NCBI GenBank assembly: GCA_963780185.1
Contig: CAWABA010000005.1
Location: 32,001 to 96,000, forward strand
Direction of reading: 5' to 3'
Length of the DNA stretch: 64,000 nt
Origin: Candidatus Bathyarchaeota archaeon
Lineage (GTDB): Archaea; Thermoproteota; Bathyarchaeia; Bathyarchaeales; Bathycorpusculaceae
Shown: positions 20,940 through 31,571 of the stretch, piece by piece
Position numbering within the stretch: the first letter of the stretch is position 1
How the letters are laid out: every line of letters starts with the position of its first letter
Notes under the pieces: generated by a model
Told to the model about the DNA's origin: nothing
What the model saw: only the letters and a program-made list of their open reading frames with translations
The model's database searches: none
Made by a program: the position numbers and the translations under genes

Positions 20940-23840
20940 GCAGTCTGCTTCACTGCCAAACCTAATTCTTCGTGCGGGCGGTTAAGTATTTTCTGCAGGA
21001 ACATGCCCGTGTAGGATCCCTTGATTTCCGCGACTTCTTCGGGTGTTCCCTGCGCCAGCAATTCGCCGCCTGCCGCGCCGCCTTCGGGACCTAAATCAAT
21101 GAGGTAATCGCAGCTTTTGATTACGTCGAGGTTGTGTTCGATGATGTAGACCGTGTTGCCGTTGTCAACCAGCCTGTTCAGCACCTTGATGAGGCGTTTG
21201 GTGTCGTCGAAATGCAAGACCCGTGGTGGGTTCGTCAAGCATGTAGACGACGTGTCCCTGCTTGTTTTTGCTTAGTTCACGGGTGATTTTGATACGTTGA
21301 CTTTCCCCGCCTGAAAGCGTGGTTGAACTTTGACCCAGCTTGATGTAACCTAACCCGACGTCTAAGAGCGTGCCAAGTTTGCGGCTGATTCTTGGAGTGT
21401 TCTCGAAGAATTTGGCTGCTTCCTCAACCGTCATGTCCAAAACTTCGGCGATGCTTTTGCCTTTGAAGAGGATGCTTAGCGTTTCCTTGTTGTAGCGTTT
21501 GCCTTTGCAGTCACTGCATTGCACATAGACATCTGGCAGAAAATTCATTTCGATGCGCAAGACTCCGTCGCCTTGGCAAGTTTCGCATCTGCCGCCTTTC
21601 ACGTTGAAGCTGAAGCGTCCCTCTTTGTAGCCGCGGGCTTTAGCCTCTTTGGTTGAGGCGAAAATGCGTCTAATTTCGTCGAAAAGCTTGGTGTAGGTGG
21701 CTGGGTTGCTTCGCGGCGTTCTGCCGATTGGGTCTTGATCGATTACTATGACGTTGTGAACCATCGGTGGGAAATCGATTGATTCATGCTTGCCGATTTT
21801 ATCGATTTTCTCCCCGAACAGCTGTCGCAGCTTAGGAATAACGGTCAGATTCATAAGTGTGCTTTTGCCTGACCCCGAAACCCCTGTGACTCCGCATAGC
21901 ACGCCTAGCGGCAGTTGGAGGCTGAGGTGTTTTAGGTTGTTTTCTTCTGCGCCTTTAACGGCTATGTAGCCTGCGGGTTTTCGTCTTGTGTCTGGCACCT
22001 CAATTTTGAGTTCGCCTGAGAGGTATTTGCCTGTGAGGCTGCGTTTGTTAGCCATTATTTCTTGGGGTGAGCCTTCAGCGACGATGTGTCCTCCGTGGAC
22101 TCCTGCGCCTGGTCCCATGTCAACTATGTAGTCGGCTTTCCGTATGGTTTCCTCATCATGCTCAACAACAATCAAAGTGTTGCCTAGGTCGCGTAGGCGA
22201 TGCAGGGTGCTGATGAGTTTAGCGTTGTCCCGCTGATGCAAGCCGATGCTGGGTTCATCCAAAATGTAGAGAACACCCATGAGGTTGCTGCCGATCTGCG
22301 TGGCTAAACGAATCCGCTGCGCTTCGCCGCCTGAAAGAGTCCTTGCTGCACTGCAAAGCGAAAGGTAACCTAACCCGACGTTCTTTAGAAAGCCGAGTCG
22401 CTCGTTGATTTCTTTGAGCACCTGCTTGGCTATGGCGAGTTCCTTCTCGTTGAGCTGGGGCGGCAGGTTGTGGAAGAAGTCAACTGCTTCTTCAATTGAG
22501 AGGTCGGTTACGTCGATGATGCTTTTGTCCAGAATCTTCACGGCGAGCACGACGGGCTGCAGTTTTTTGCCTTTGCAGGCGTTGCAGGGTCTTGAAGTCA
22601 TGAATTTTTCGATGTCTTCTTTGCGCCATTCGCTCTCGGTTTGCCGATAAAGCCTCATGGTCTGGGGGATAACGCCTTCCCAGCCGTCACGCATCCACAT
22701 GCTGGCGCCGTTTGACCATTGCCCAGTTAAGGGTTCCCTGTCACCGTAAAGGAGAACGTGAAGTTGCTCGGCGGTGAAGTCTTTTATGGGGTGAACACGT
22801 CAAACCCATGTTTTTTGCCTACCGCTTGAAGCTGCTGCGCACGCCAGCTAAGATCCATGCTGCCGTAAACCGTCAACGCCCCATCCATGATGGAGAGGTT
22901 TTTGTTCGGGATAACTTTGTCTTCGGATATTTCCGTGATTTCGCCCAAGCCATGGCAGGTTGTGCAGGCGCCGAAAGGCGAGTTAAATGAAAACATGCGT
23001 GGCTCCAAAGCTTCAAAGACGATTTCAGGGTGGTTTGGGCAGGCTCCGAAGGTGCTGTACATGGTTTCGTCTTGGAAACGTTCAAGCTCCTTTTTCTTTT
23101 CCGCCTCAGCTTCCCTTTTCGGCGTCGATAACTATCATTGTTCCCTTGCCGACTTGAAGCGCCTGCTCCACGGCTTCGCTGATGCGGCTGCGTTCTTCAT
23201 CAACAATCGCTACCGTGTCGATAACGGCTTCAATCCAGTGCTTCTCGTAACGCACCAGCTTAAGTTCTTCTTTGATGTTGTTTGAATCGTAGATTTTCTG
23301 GTCTACCCGAATGTTGGTGTAACCCTGTTTTTTGAGGTCATCGAAAACTTGTTCGTGCGTTCCTTTTATGCCGCGGATTATGGGTGCTAGAAAAGTGAGG
23401 GTTTTTTGTTTTTCAGCCATGATTAGGCTTGTTATGTTTTCGGGGCTTTGCGGGTGGATTGAGCTGCCGCATTTTGGGCAATGATGTGTGCCTGCCCGCG
23501 CGAAAAGAAGCCTGAGGTAATCGTAGATTTCGGTGACTGTGCCGACGGTGGAGCGTGGGTTTTTGCTGGTGCTTTTCTGCTCAATCGAGATGGCTGGGCT
23601 TAAGCCTTCAATTGAGTCGACGTCGGGTTTATCCATTAAGCCGAGGAATTGCCGTGCATAAGCGGATAGGCTTTCCACGTAGCGTCGTTGTCCTTCGGCG
23701 TAGATGGTGTCAAACGCAAGGGTTGATTTTCCTGAGCCTGAAAGCCCAGTGATAACTATGAATTTGTTTCTGGGCAACTCTACATCGATGTTTTTGAGGT
23801 TGTGCTCTCTGGCACCCCGAACTGAAATGTTGTCTCTCAT
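20936..23840 (-). CDS. uvrA: Excinuclease ABC subunit A (three apparent frameshifts near 23110, 22790 and 21215)
   Basis: [56 protein letters not shown] spread over four ORF pieces. Confidence 0.94.
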
Positions 23841-23936
23841 TACTAAACCAGTTTCCTTCTCCGCTTCTCGTGAACTTATCCTTTTTAGTCAGGATAGATT
23901 AGAACCTTTTTGCCACAAAACCGTCATTTTCTGGGT

Positions 23937-25883
23937 TTAATTTTCGCTTTCTATCTTTCTTGCTAACGCATTTTTCAACTCGGCAATGGTGTCCCGCATT
24001 TCTATGGCGCGTTCGAAATCAAGTTTTTCGGCGGCTTCCCTCATTTTGGCGTCTAACTCGATTATTTGCCGTTGGATGTCTGATTTGGGCAGGTGCTTTG
24101 TGCCTTTGATGGTGCCTTCTTTGAGCGAGACGCTTTTGATGATTGTTGTTGGGGTGATGCCGTGTATTTGGTTGTAGCGTTTCTGGAAGGCGCGTCGGTA
24201 ATTGGTTATTTCCATGGCTCGTTTAATCGAGCGAGGTTTCGACGTCGGCGTAGAGGATGACTCTGCCGTTGACGTTTCTTGCTGCTCGACCGATTGTTTG
24301 GATGAGGCTGCGTTCGTCCCGCAGGAACCCTTCTTTGTCGGCGTCTAAGATAAAGATCGTTGAGACCTCTGGGATATCTAAGCCTTCACGTAGTAGGTTG
24401 ATGCCGACTAAAATATCAAAGTCGCCGACACGCAGCTGCCGCACAAGCTCAATACGGTCCAAACTGTCAATATCTGAGTGCATGTAACGGACGCGGAAAC
24501 CTTCCTTAACCAAGTAATCCGCCAAATCCTCAGCCATCCGCTTCGTAAGGGTTGTAACTAGGATTCGGTCACCCCGCTCAATGGTTTTTCTGGCTTCAGC
24601 CATCAGATGCTGCATCTGCCCTGCGATTGGGTGAACCTCCACTTCAGGATCCAAAAGACCCGTTGGCCGCGTGATTAACTCGACGGGTGGACCGCTCTTT
24701 TGCAGTTCATACTCGGCTGGCGTGGCTGAGACAAAGAGCACTTTGCCCATTTTTGCTTCAAACTCATCAAACTTCAATGGCCTGTTATCCAGCGCGCTGG
24801 GCAGTCGGAAGCCGAAGTCGACAAGGTTCTTTTTTCTTGCGTAGTCGCCGTTGTACATGGCGCGGGATTGCGGGATTGTTTGGTGGCTTTCGTCGATGAT
24901 GAGCAGGTAATCTTTTGGGAAGTAATCCATCAACGTGAAGGGCGGCTCGCCTGTTCTGCGTCCGTCGAAGTGTCGGCTGTAGTTTTCCATGCCTGCGCAG
25001 AACCCGATTTCGCGAATCATCTCCAAATCATAGTTTGTCCGTTGCTTAAGCCTCTGAGCTTCCAGCGGCGGCAACTCGGGGAGCCTCTTCTCGAGTTCCT
25101 GCTTGATGTGCTCAAGTGCAAGGGCATGTTTCTCTTCGGGAACAACGTATTGGCGTGCAGGGTAAAGCGTTAGCCTGTCGACATGCCACTTTGACGTCGC
25201 CCGTTATAGTGATGGACCTCTTTGAGTTTTGCGACTTTGTCGCCGTCCAATTCGATTCGCAAAATGTCGTTCTCGTAGGATGGCACAACATCCACTGTGT
25301 TGCCTCGCACACGGAACCTGCCGGGCTCCAGCACCATGTCGTTGCGTTCATACTGCATCTCAACCAAAGCGCGGATAAGGTCTTGCCTATTGATTTGCTT
25401 TCCAACCGCGAGGTCAAGCGCCATCTTTCTGAAGTCTTCAGGGTTTCCAAGGCTGTAGATGCAGCTGATGCTGGCAACGATTATGGTGTCGTTTCGGCTT
25501 ACCAAGCTGGACACGGCATGCATACGCATCTTCTCGATTTCTTCGTTCACGTCAGAGTCTTTTTCAATGTACATGTCCTGCGCTGGCAAATACGATTCAG
25601 GCTGATAAAAATCATAAAACGAAATGAAAAATTCAACTCGGTTGTTTGGGAAAAGCGATTTTAATTCGCCGTAAAGTTGCGCCGCCAAAATCTTGTTATG
25701 CGCAATAATCAAGGTTGGCTTTTGGAGGCGATTGATGACGTTTGCCATGATGAAGGTTTTGCCGCTTCCTGTGATGCCGAGAAGGGTTTGCTTCGGTTTC
25801 TTGGCAAAGTTGGCGGCTAGTTTTTCGACGGCTTCATCCTGTCCTGGAGACATTTTGTATGGCGCGACAAGTTCAAACTGCAA
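23937..25883 (-). CDS. uvrB: Excinuclease ABC subunit B (apparent frameshifts near 25215, 25185 and 24230)
   Basis: [48 protein letters not shown] and a C-terminal UVR domain. Confidence 0.94.
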
Positions 25884-26021
25884 TTTAGCTTCTCCAACAC
25901 CCTTCTAAGAAATGACCCAGCCAATTGGACTAATAAGGTTTTTTCTAAGAGTGTGTGACGTTAGTCCATGACACATGTCATAACAGCTTAAGAGGTTTCT
26001 CAGCAAATTTCGATTCTTTTC

Positions 26022-26633
26022 CTAGATGGAACTCCGCCAACCAACATAGGAACAATCTCAAAACCCGTAATTTCACCTCTGTTCGAGGTCGCCAGATAAA
26101 TGGAAATGGTCTCGTTTTCCCCACCTTCAAACCTGCAGAGGACATGCGTCTGGCGGAAGCCCCACATGCGTCAAGTCGACTGAATTGATTTGTTTATCTC
26201 CGTTGAATATTCTCGCGGATCAAGAAAACATACGCCAAAGTTGGGTCTTTGGAAAATGATTAGGCACAGGAGAAGTCGCAGAATAATCATTGCGGATTGT
26301 GACATTGATTATGGCGCAAGGTTCACCCTTTTCCACAACTGGCGTACTGCTTGATTTGCTCCCGAGAGCGGTGCGTGTGTCATAAGGGTAAGAACCAGAA
26401 GTCACGGTTACTGAAACAACAAAAATCTTGGTGACGTTGCCTTGAAACGTCAAGTAATAACCTGTAATGGGCTGCATCGATGCAACATTGGGTTTGACGG
26501 CGTGTTGATGGCCAAAAAGAGATTTCCTGAGTAACCCAAAAAGATACCGACAAAACTAGGCAACCGCCAACACAGCGACGATTAATTTGTTTTTCCTACT
26601 GAATCGCTTCACGTTTTGGCTAGGGCTTGCCAT
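26022..26633 (-). pseudogene. Membrane-anchored hypothetical protein, broken by several indels (ends approximate)
   Basis: ATG at 26633, basic plus hydrophobic N-terminus; the extracellular domain continues through ORF 26220-26477 and beyond in other frames. Confidence 0.5.
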
Positions 26634-26795
26634 GAATACAGCGTAGTTCTTTATACCTTTTAATCCTTCACAATAGAACGGCTGTTCTAAAAAATAGTCT
26701 ATCCTGCTTGTTCAGCTATAACTTATGCTAATTAAGCCGATAAAAGAACGTTTAAGCCTCTCAGAAAAAGACGAGGCTAAGTGCCAGATGATTTC

Positions 26796-27089
26796 TTAGT
26801 TGACTTTCATTGTGCCGAATTTGCCGACGTTAAGTTGGTTTTCGCCTTTGAAGCTGGTTATGTAGCCGTTGTCGATTTTTATGTTGTCGCCCACGTTGAC
26901 TTGGTCAATCTGCTCGTTCCACAGAGTCAGCTTGATGCTGCCTGTCTCGTCTGCAACCACTGCATCAACGATTCGGTACGTTTCGTCTTTAAAGCGTGAT
27001 TTAACTTCGCGGGCGTCTCCTTTTTCAACAACTTTCGCTTCAACGCTTACCCGTTTCATCCCATTCTGTAAATCTTTAATTGCTGTCAA
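26796..27089 (-). CDS. ssb: Single-stranded DNA-binding protein (single OB fold, crenarchaeal-type SSB)
   Basis: IKDL..V.VEAKVVEKG, VADETGSIKLTLWNEQ, GENQLNVGKFG. Confidence 0.9.
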   Translation of the reverse strand: MTAIKDLQNGMKRVSVEAKVVEKGDAREVKSRFKDETYRIVDAVVADETGSIKLTLWNEQIDQVNVGDNIKIDNGYITSFKGENQLNVGKFGTMKVN

Positions 27090-27239
27090 CCAAATTCACC
27101 TAAACTATGTTCCTCTCTTGGGTTTTCAATTGCAAAGGTGAATTTCAATCATATAAATCTTGCCTAAGAAATAGGTCGACCCCTAAACAGGTAGGAAAGC
27201 AAGCAAAAAACGGGAAAAAGCGGGTTGGAACGCTTTTAT

Positions 27240-28494
27240 TTAGACCAGTCCTACGAGCAGAAGCGACGCGAAGACTGTGACGGCTACGGCGACTGCAGCA
27301 ATGGTGATTCTCTTAGGCATTGAGAACTCTGGTTTTAGAGACCCCACAATTATTGTAGATAAGGCGCCCAGCCAGACGTAGGAGACGGCGAACATTACGA
27401 AAACCACGGCTCCGAAGCCTGCGGTGGCGGCGTTGATGTGGCTGAGTATGGCTTGAGACTGATTGTTAGGTTGCTTGCGGCTCCAGCGTAGGTTGTTGCG
27501 CCGAAGAAGTTGAAGCGTACTCCGAGGGTTATGTCGTAGGGGTAGTAGAGCGTCGGCAAAGTGGCGGCTGCAATAATGTTAATCAATGCGCGAATGTCAA
27601 GCACAAATAATGCGAAGCCTGTGGCGACAAAGATGGGTTTCCAGACATGAGTGGTTTTTAGTGCGTAGAAGATTAGCTAGATTACGACTGTCAATACGAA
27701 CCAGACTAAAATGAATTCGAAGCCGTACGAGGACAGAAACTGCTCGATGAGACCGAGGCTGTCAGTTTGGACAGGTGTCTGGTATTGGCCTCGGAAGAAT
27801 AGGGCGCCGATTCGCACGGTTATGTTTGAGTTAGCTGGGTAAGTTAGGCTTAACTGTAAAGCTGTAATGTTGCCCCATGAAGGTGTTCCCGTGATTGCCC
27901 AGCCTGACGCGTTTGGTCCAAGAGGAATGGTCAAGTTGTTCCATGTGCTAACCGTCGCCGTGTTTAGGGACGAGGTTAAATCGTAAGTGTAGAAGCTTGT
28001 GTCGTTAATTGAATACAGCGTTAAAGATGCGCTTTGAGGCATCGAGGAAGGCGACACCTGCTTTATGGTTATGGACAGGTTTTGGAAGCCCGACGTGAGT
28101 GCAATCCACGTTAAATTCGTTGGCTAACGCCGCTGTTATGTTGTTGGTGTGGGTAGCATCTATTTCTAAGCTGCTGTTTCCGAATAGGCTGTAATCGGCG
28201 CTGAGGGCAGCTACATAGATGCTGTAGTTGAATGGGTCAGCTAAATTGTCGCTTAAAGCCACGTTTGGGCTGCTTCGCCAAACGGTTGAGTTGATGAAGT
28301 CCTGTTGCGAGCCAACCTGAGGATTTGTGTTCTCGGTGTAAATCTTTGAGAACTGGGTAAACTCGAAGCCCATGGCTAAGCCGATGAAGAGGAGCAGAAC
28401 TAAGAAGTGCACCTAGATATTTTGGGTTTTCAACAATTTTTTTGAAGGCTTTTGTAGGTGCGTAAATTACCTCTGCGAGGTCATTTAGAATCAA
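27240..28494 (-). CDS. Yip1-like membrane protein with a large extracellular insert (4 or more apparent frameshifts)
   Basis: N-terminal VIYAPTKAFKKIVENP typical of Yip1-domain proteins; consecutive same-strand fragments 28237-28494, 28005-28412, 27677-28057, 27395-27604 and a TM C-terminus. Confidence 0.6.
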
Positions 28495-28546
28495 TTCTCT
28501 TGGCTCCTCGCTACTTGTGTTTCACAGTTACTAATTAAAGTATCTG

Positions 28547-30055
28547 TTACATCCCGAGTTTAAGACGCCGATAAGTCTGATAGTCAACATATTCAACGAA
28601 GGGGTTTTCAGCCTGAAACTTAACGTTAGCTTTCTGTTGTTTCCGCTTATCGACAAGCTGGCTTGTGGTTCTAAGCAGGTACGCATCGCTTCCAGCACCT
28701 GAACCGTAACTGCCGACCAAAATAAGCTCTTCAGGCTTAGCAACGTCAAGAACCGCGGCTAAACTCAGCGGAACGCAGCCTGAATAGGTGTTGCCGAACT
28801 TGTTAATCATGATGCCTGGCAGATACTGCTCCTCCTTGAACCCGAGCTCCTTGGCTATTCTGACTGGGAACTGAGGGTTAGGCTGATGCGCAACGAAGTA
28901 GCCGAGGTCGCTTGCTTTGAGGTTGAAGCGCTCCATAAGTTTGCATGTTGCTTTGCGGACATGTTTGAAGTAGGCGGGGTCGCCTGTGAATCTTCCGCCA
29001 TGCATCGGGAAAGGTTCGCCGTCTCTGCGCCAGAAATCAGGCGTGTCAGAAGTGCAAGAGTACCATCCTTCCACCTGAGCTATAACATCGTTTTTCCCAA
29101 AAATGAATGCAGCGCCGCCGTAACCTACGAAGGTGTCCAGTTCGCCGCCTGGGCAGCCTCTTGGAGCTGCCTGAGAATTGTCAGCGCCGATAGCCATAGC
29201 GTATTTTATGCCTGAACGCGGGTAACTGACGAGGGCGCATGCGTCCTTAAACATGCTTGTAGCGGCTTTACATGCAAACTCTGTGTCAACTGCGTCGACG
29301 CCTTGGACGTCGCCTTCTTCTTCGCCGAGTTTAAGCACCTGAGCCACCTTTGACGCGATAGGCTTAACTGCATATGGGTTGGATTCTGAGCCGACGTAAA
29401 CTTTGCCGACTAAGCTGCTGTCGACGCCTGAATGAATCAACGCGAGTTTTCCAGCTTCCACAGCCGCCGTCACTGAGTCTTCGTCGACGAATGGGACAGC
29501 GCGTTCTAGCCCTGCTTCTTTTATTCGGAACTTTGAAGTGTAAACGCCGTAGCCGACGACTCCTGGCAACTCGTACTCTTTGTCGGGTGCGGTTACGCGG
29601 TATTCTTGATGCGGGTAGTACTCGTCGGCTAAGGTGAAGGCTAGCGAAATCGTTGGAACAACCTCGCTTTTCCCTACTGAGTAGCGTCGGCGGAAACGAG
29701 GCACCACTTCTCTTCCTTCCAAACTTGCCAAATCAACATCTTTCGCGTCCGAAATCAACTGGTCAGTTATTCTGGCGGGTACACGGATTTTGCCGTCGTG
29801 GAAAGAAACAATACCGTAAACGAAGCTTGAAAGCTTCATGAATTTGTTTGTGGGTTCATTGATGTATGTGCATAACTCAAGTTTTCCCTTGTCATAGAAC
29901 AGGTCGACGCTGTCCATTTTTCCGTAGCTTTTTCTGCCGCAGTTGCTGCAGTAATCTCTAACTTCAAAGTATTCTTTGCTGCAGCTTTGGCATCGGCTAG
30001 CCCGTAACCTGTCGCCTAAATAAGAAACTCGTCGCTCTATCGGTTCACTGCTCAA
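28547..30055 (-). CDS. Hydroxymethylglutaryl-CoA synthase with N-terminal fused DUF35 (Zn-ribbon/OB) domain
   Basis: Residues ~1-150: CQSC..CSNC zinc ribbon plus OB fold (VVPRFRR). Remainder: archaeal HMGCS with GSES, EFACKAAT (catalytic Cys), AHQPN, GNTYSG, SYGSGAGSD. Confidence 0.92.
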   Translation of the reverse strand: MSSEPIERRVSYLGDRLRASRCQSCSKEYFEVRDYCSNCGRKSYGKMDSVDLFYDKGKLELCTYINEPTNKFMKLSSFVYGIVSFHDGKIRVPARITDQLISDAKDVDLASLEGREVVPRFRRRYSVGKSEVVPTISLAFTLADEYYPHQEYRVTAPDKEYELPGVVGYGVYTSKFRIKEAGLERAVPFVDEDSVTAAVEAGKLALIHSGVDSSLVGKVYVGSESNPYAVKPIASKVAQVLKLGEEEGDVQGVDAVDTEFACKAATSMFKDACALVSYPRSGIKYAMAIGADNSQAAPRGCPGGELDTFVGYGGAAFIFGKNDVIAQVEGWYSCTSDTPDFWRRDGEPFPMHGGRFTGDPAYFKHVRKATCKLMERFNLKASDLGYFVAHQPNPQFPVRIAKELGFKEEQYLPGIMINKFGNTYSGCVPLSLAAVLDVAKPEELILVGSYGSGAGSDAYLLRTTSQLVDKRKQQKANVKFQAENPFVEYVDYQTYRRLKLGM

Positions 30056-31258
30056 TCTTTCTTCTCCCCTAAAATGGTCACGTAGGCTTTTGTGCCGAAG
30101 CCTTCAAACTCTGAAACGCAGCCTCTCTTCGGTGAACCATCGATAAAGCTGACTTGACGCTCCCCAGCTTGACCTCTCGAGCTGACGATAAACCTCAAAA
30201 ACCTGTGCTCCGCCAGTGGCGCCAAACGGGTTTCCATCTGCTTTTAAGCCGCCGTCGGTGTTAACGAAAAGCCGTTTGCCAGCTATTTCGTAGAAGTTCT
30301 TGTTGTTTTGGTGGCTTTCATAGATGTTTTTCCAAGCGGTCCCTGGTTCGATGAAGCCTAAGTCTTCAAGGGAAACAAGCTCCATCATGGTTGACTGGTC
30401 ATTTATTTCAACCACCTGCATGTCGGACATGGGGGTTTTGGCCATTTGAACAGCCTTTTTCATTGCGATTTCAGCCGCGACGAAACGAGACAAATCCTCC
30501 CTTGCCGAGTAGTTTAAGTAATCAGTGGCTGAGGTGCATGCTAAAACGGAAACTGGTTTGTCACAGCGTTTTTTGGCTGTGTCTTGGCTCGTTAGAATCA
30601 ACGCTGATGCACCGTCGGAAATCGGGGCAAAATCATACAAGCCTAAGGGTTTATGCGCTGTTTTCCTAGCGTTCAAAACCTGCTCAACCGTGATTGCTCT
30701 TTGGTACTGTGCATATTTGTTTTTGGTTGCGTTTGCATGGTTTTTAACTGAAACGTGGGCTAAGGCAACGTTGAGTTTTTCCAGATTTTCGCCTGCTATA
30801 TGATGCTTCTTTATGTAGGCTCTTAGCAGTAGTTCGTGGTTGGCTTCAGGGGTGCCGCCTGCAAAGTAGCTCCACGGGTCCTCCAGCAGCATAAGGTCGT
30901 CCCGTATTTTGTCCCAGCGATCCGTCATTTTTTCTATGCCGCCGACCAGAACCGTGTTGTATACTCCAGCCTGAATCGCGTGGCAAGCCGTCAGCAATGC
31001 GGCGCTGAAAGAACGGGTTACTTCCATGGGTACATGTAGTTCGGTGAGTTCTGAAAGGAAGCCTTCTTCTAAGCCCAGCTTGTTTGTAATTGGGAGAAAA
31101 CAATCTGACATGTAGCAGGCTTCAAGGTCTTTGCGTTCTAAGCTGCATTCGTTTGAAGCGGCAAGCCAAGCTTCCTCAATAAGTTTCTCGGGTTCTTTGC
31201 CATAATGTTCCCCGAACTTGGTTCTGCCAACAGCAACAATCGCTGGTCGATTTTGCAA
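30052..31258 (-). CDS. Thiolase-family (acetyl-CoA acetyltransferase-like) protein with degenerate catalytic motifs; frameshift near 30180
   Basis: GRTKFG, LVGGIEKM, VSVKNHANA, PISDGASA, NTDGGLKA..P.GATG; C-terminus (RGQAGERQV...) is in ORF 30052-30237. Confidence 0.88.
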
Positions 31259-31418
31259 GATGAAGTCTTCCCTTTACTGTAGCACTTTACCTCCTCTGAA
31301 AAGGCTATTAAGTGTTTGCCATATTTCACAGCTAAAACGCCAGAAAAGGCGATTACCTAATATAGAGATTGACCAAATACTTGCACTGGTGATCGCTTGG
31401 GGAAAGTGAAGGCTTTGC

Positions 31419-31571
31419 TTGACGGGTGTACAGGAGCGAGTAGACGGCGTCTTTTACAAGTGCGAATACATTAAGGAATGCGATAAAGTTACGCCTCAAT
31501 GCGGGCAAGGTGGAAACAGTTACTGCGGCGAATACAAAAAGAGAGCCAGCCAAAAACAAAAGAAAACCTAA
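31419..31571 (+). CDS. Small Cys-rich protein (~50 aa)
   Basis: MTGVQERVDGVFYKCEYIKECDKVTPQCGQGGNSYCGEYKKRASQKQKKT*; four Cys; start uncertain. Confidence 0.5.
   Translation: MTGVQERVDGVFYKCEYIKECDKVTPQCGQGGNSYCGEYKKRASQKQKKT

Noticed and set aside
19334-25883. Programmed frameshifting or split-gene regulation of uvrABC
   Set aside because: The breaks are numerous, go in both directions, fall inside conserved motifs and extend to unrelated neighbours; sequencing error explains them better.
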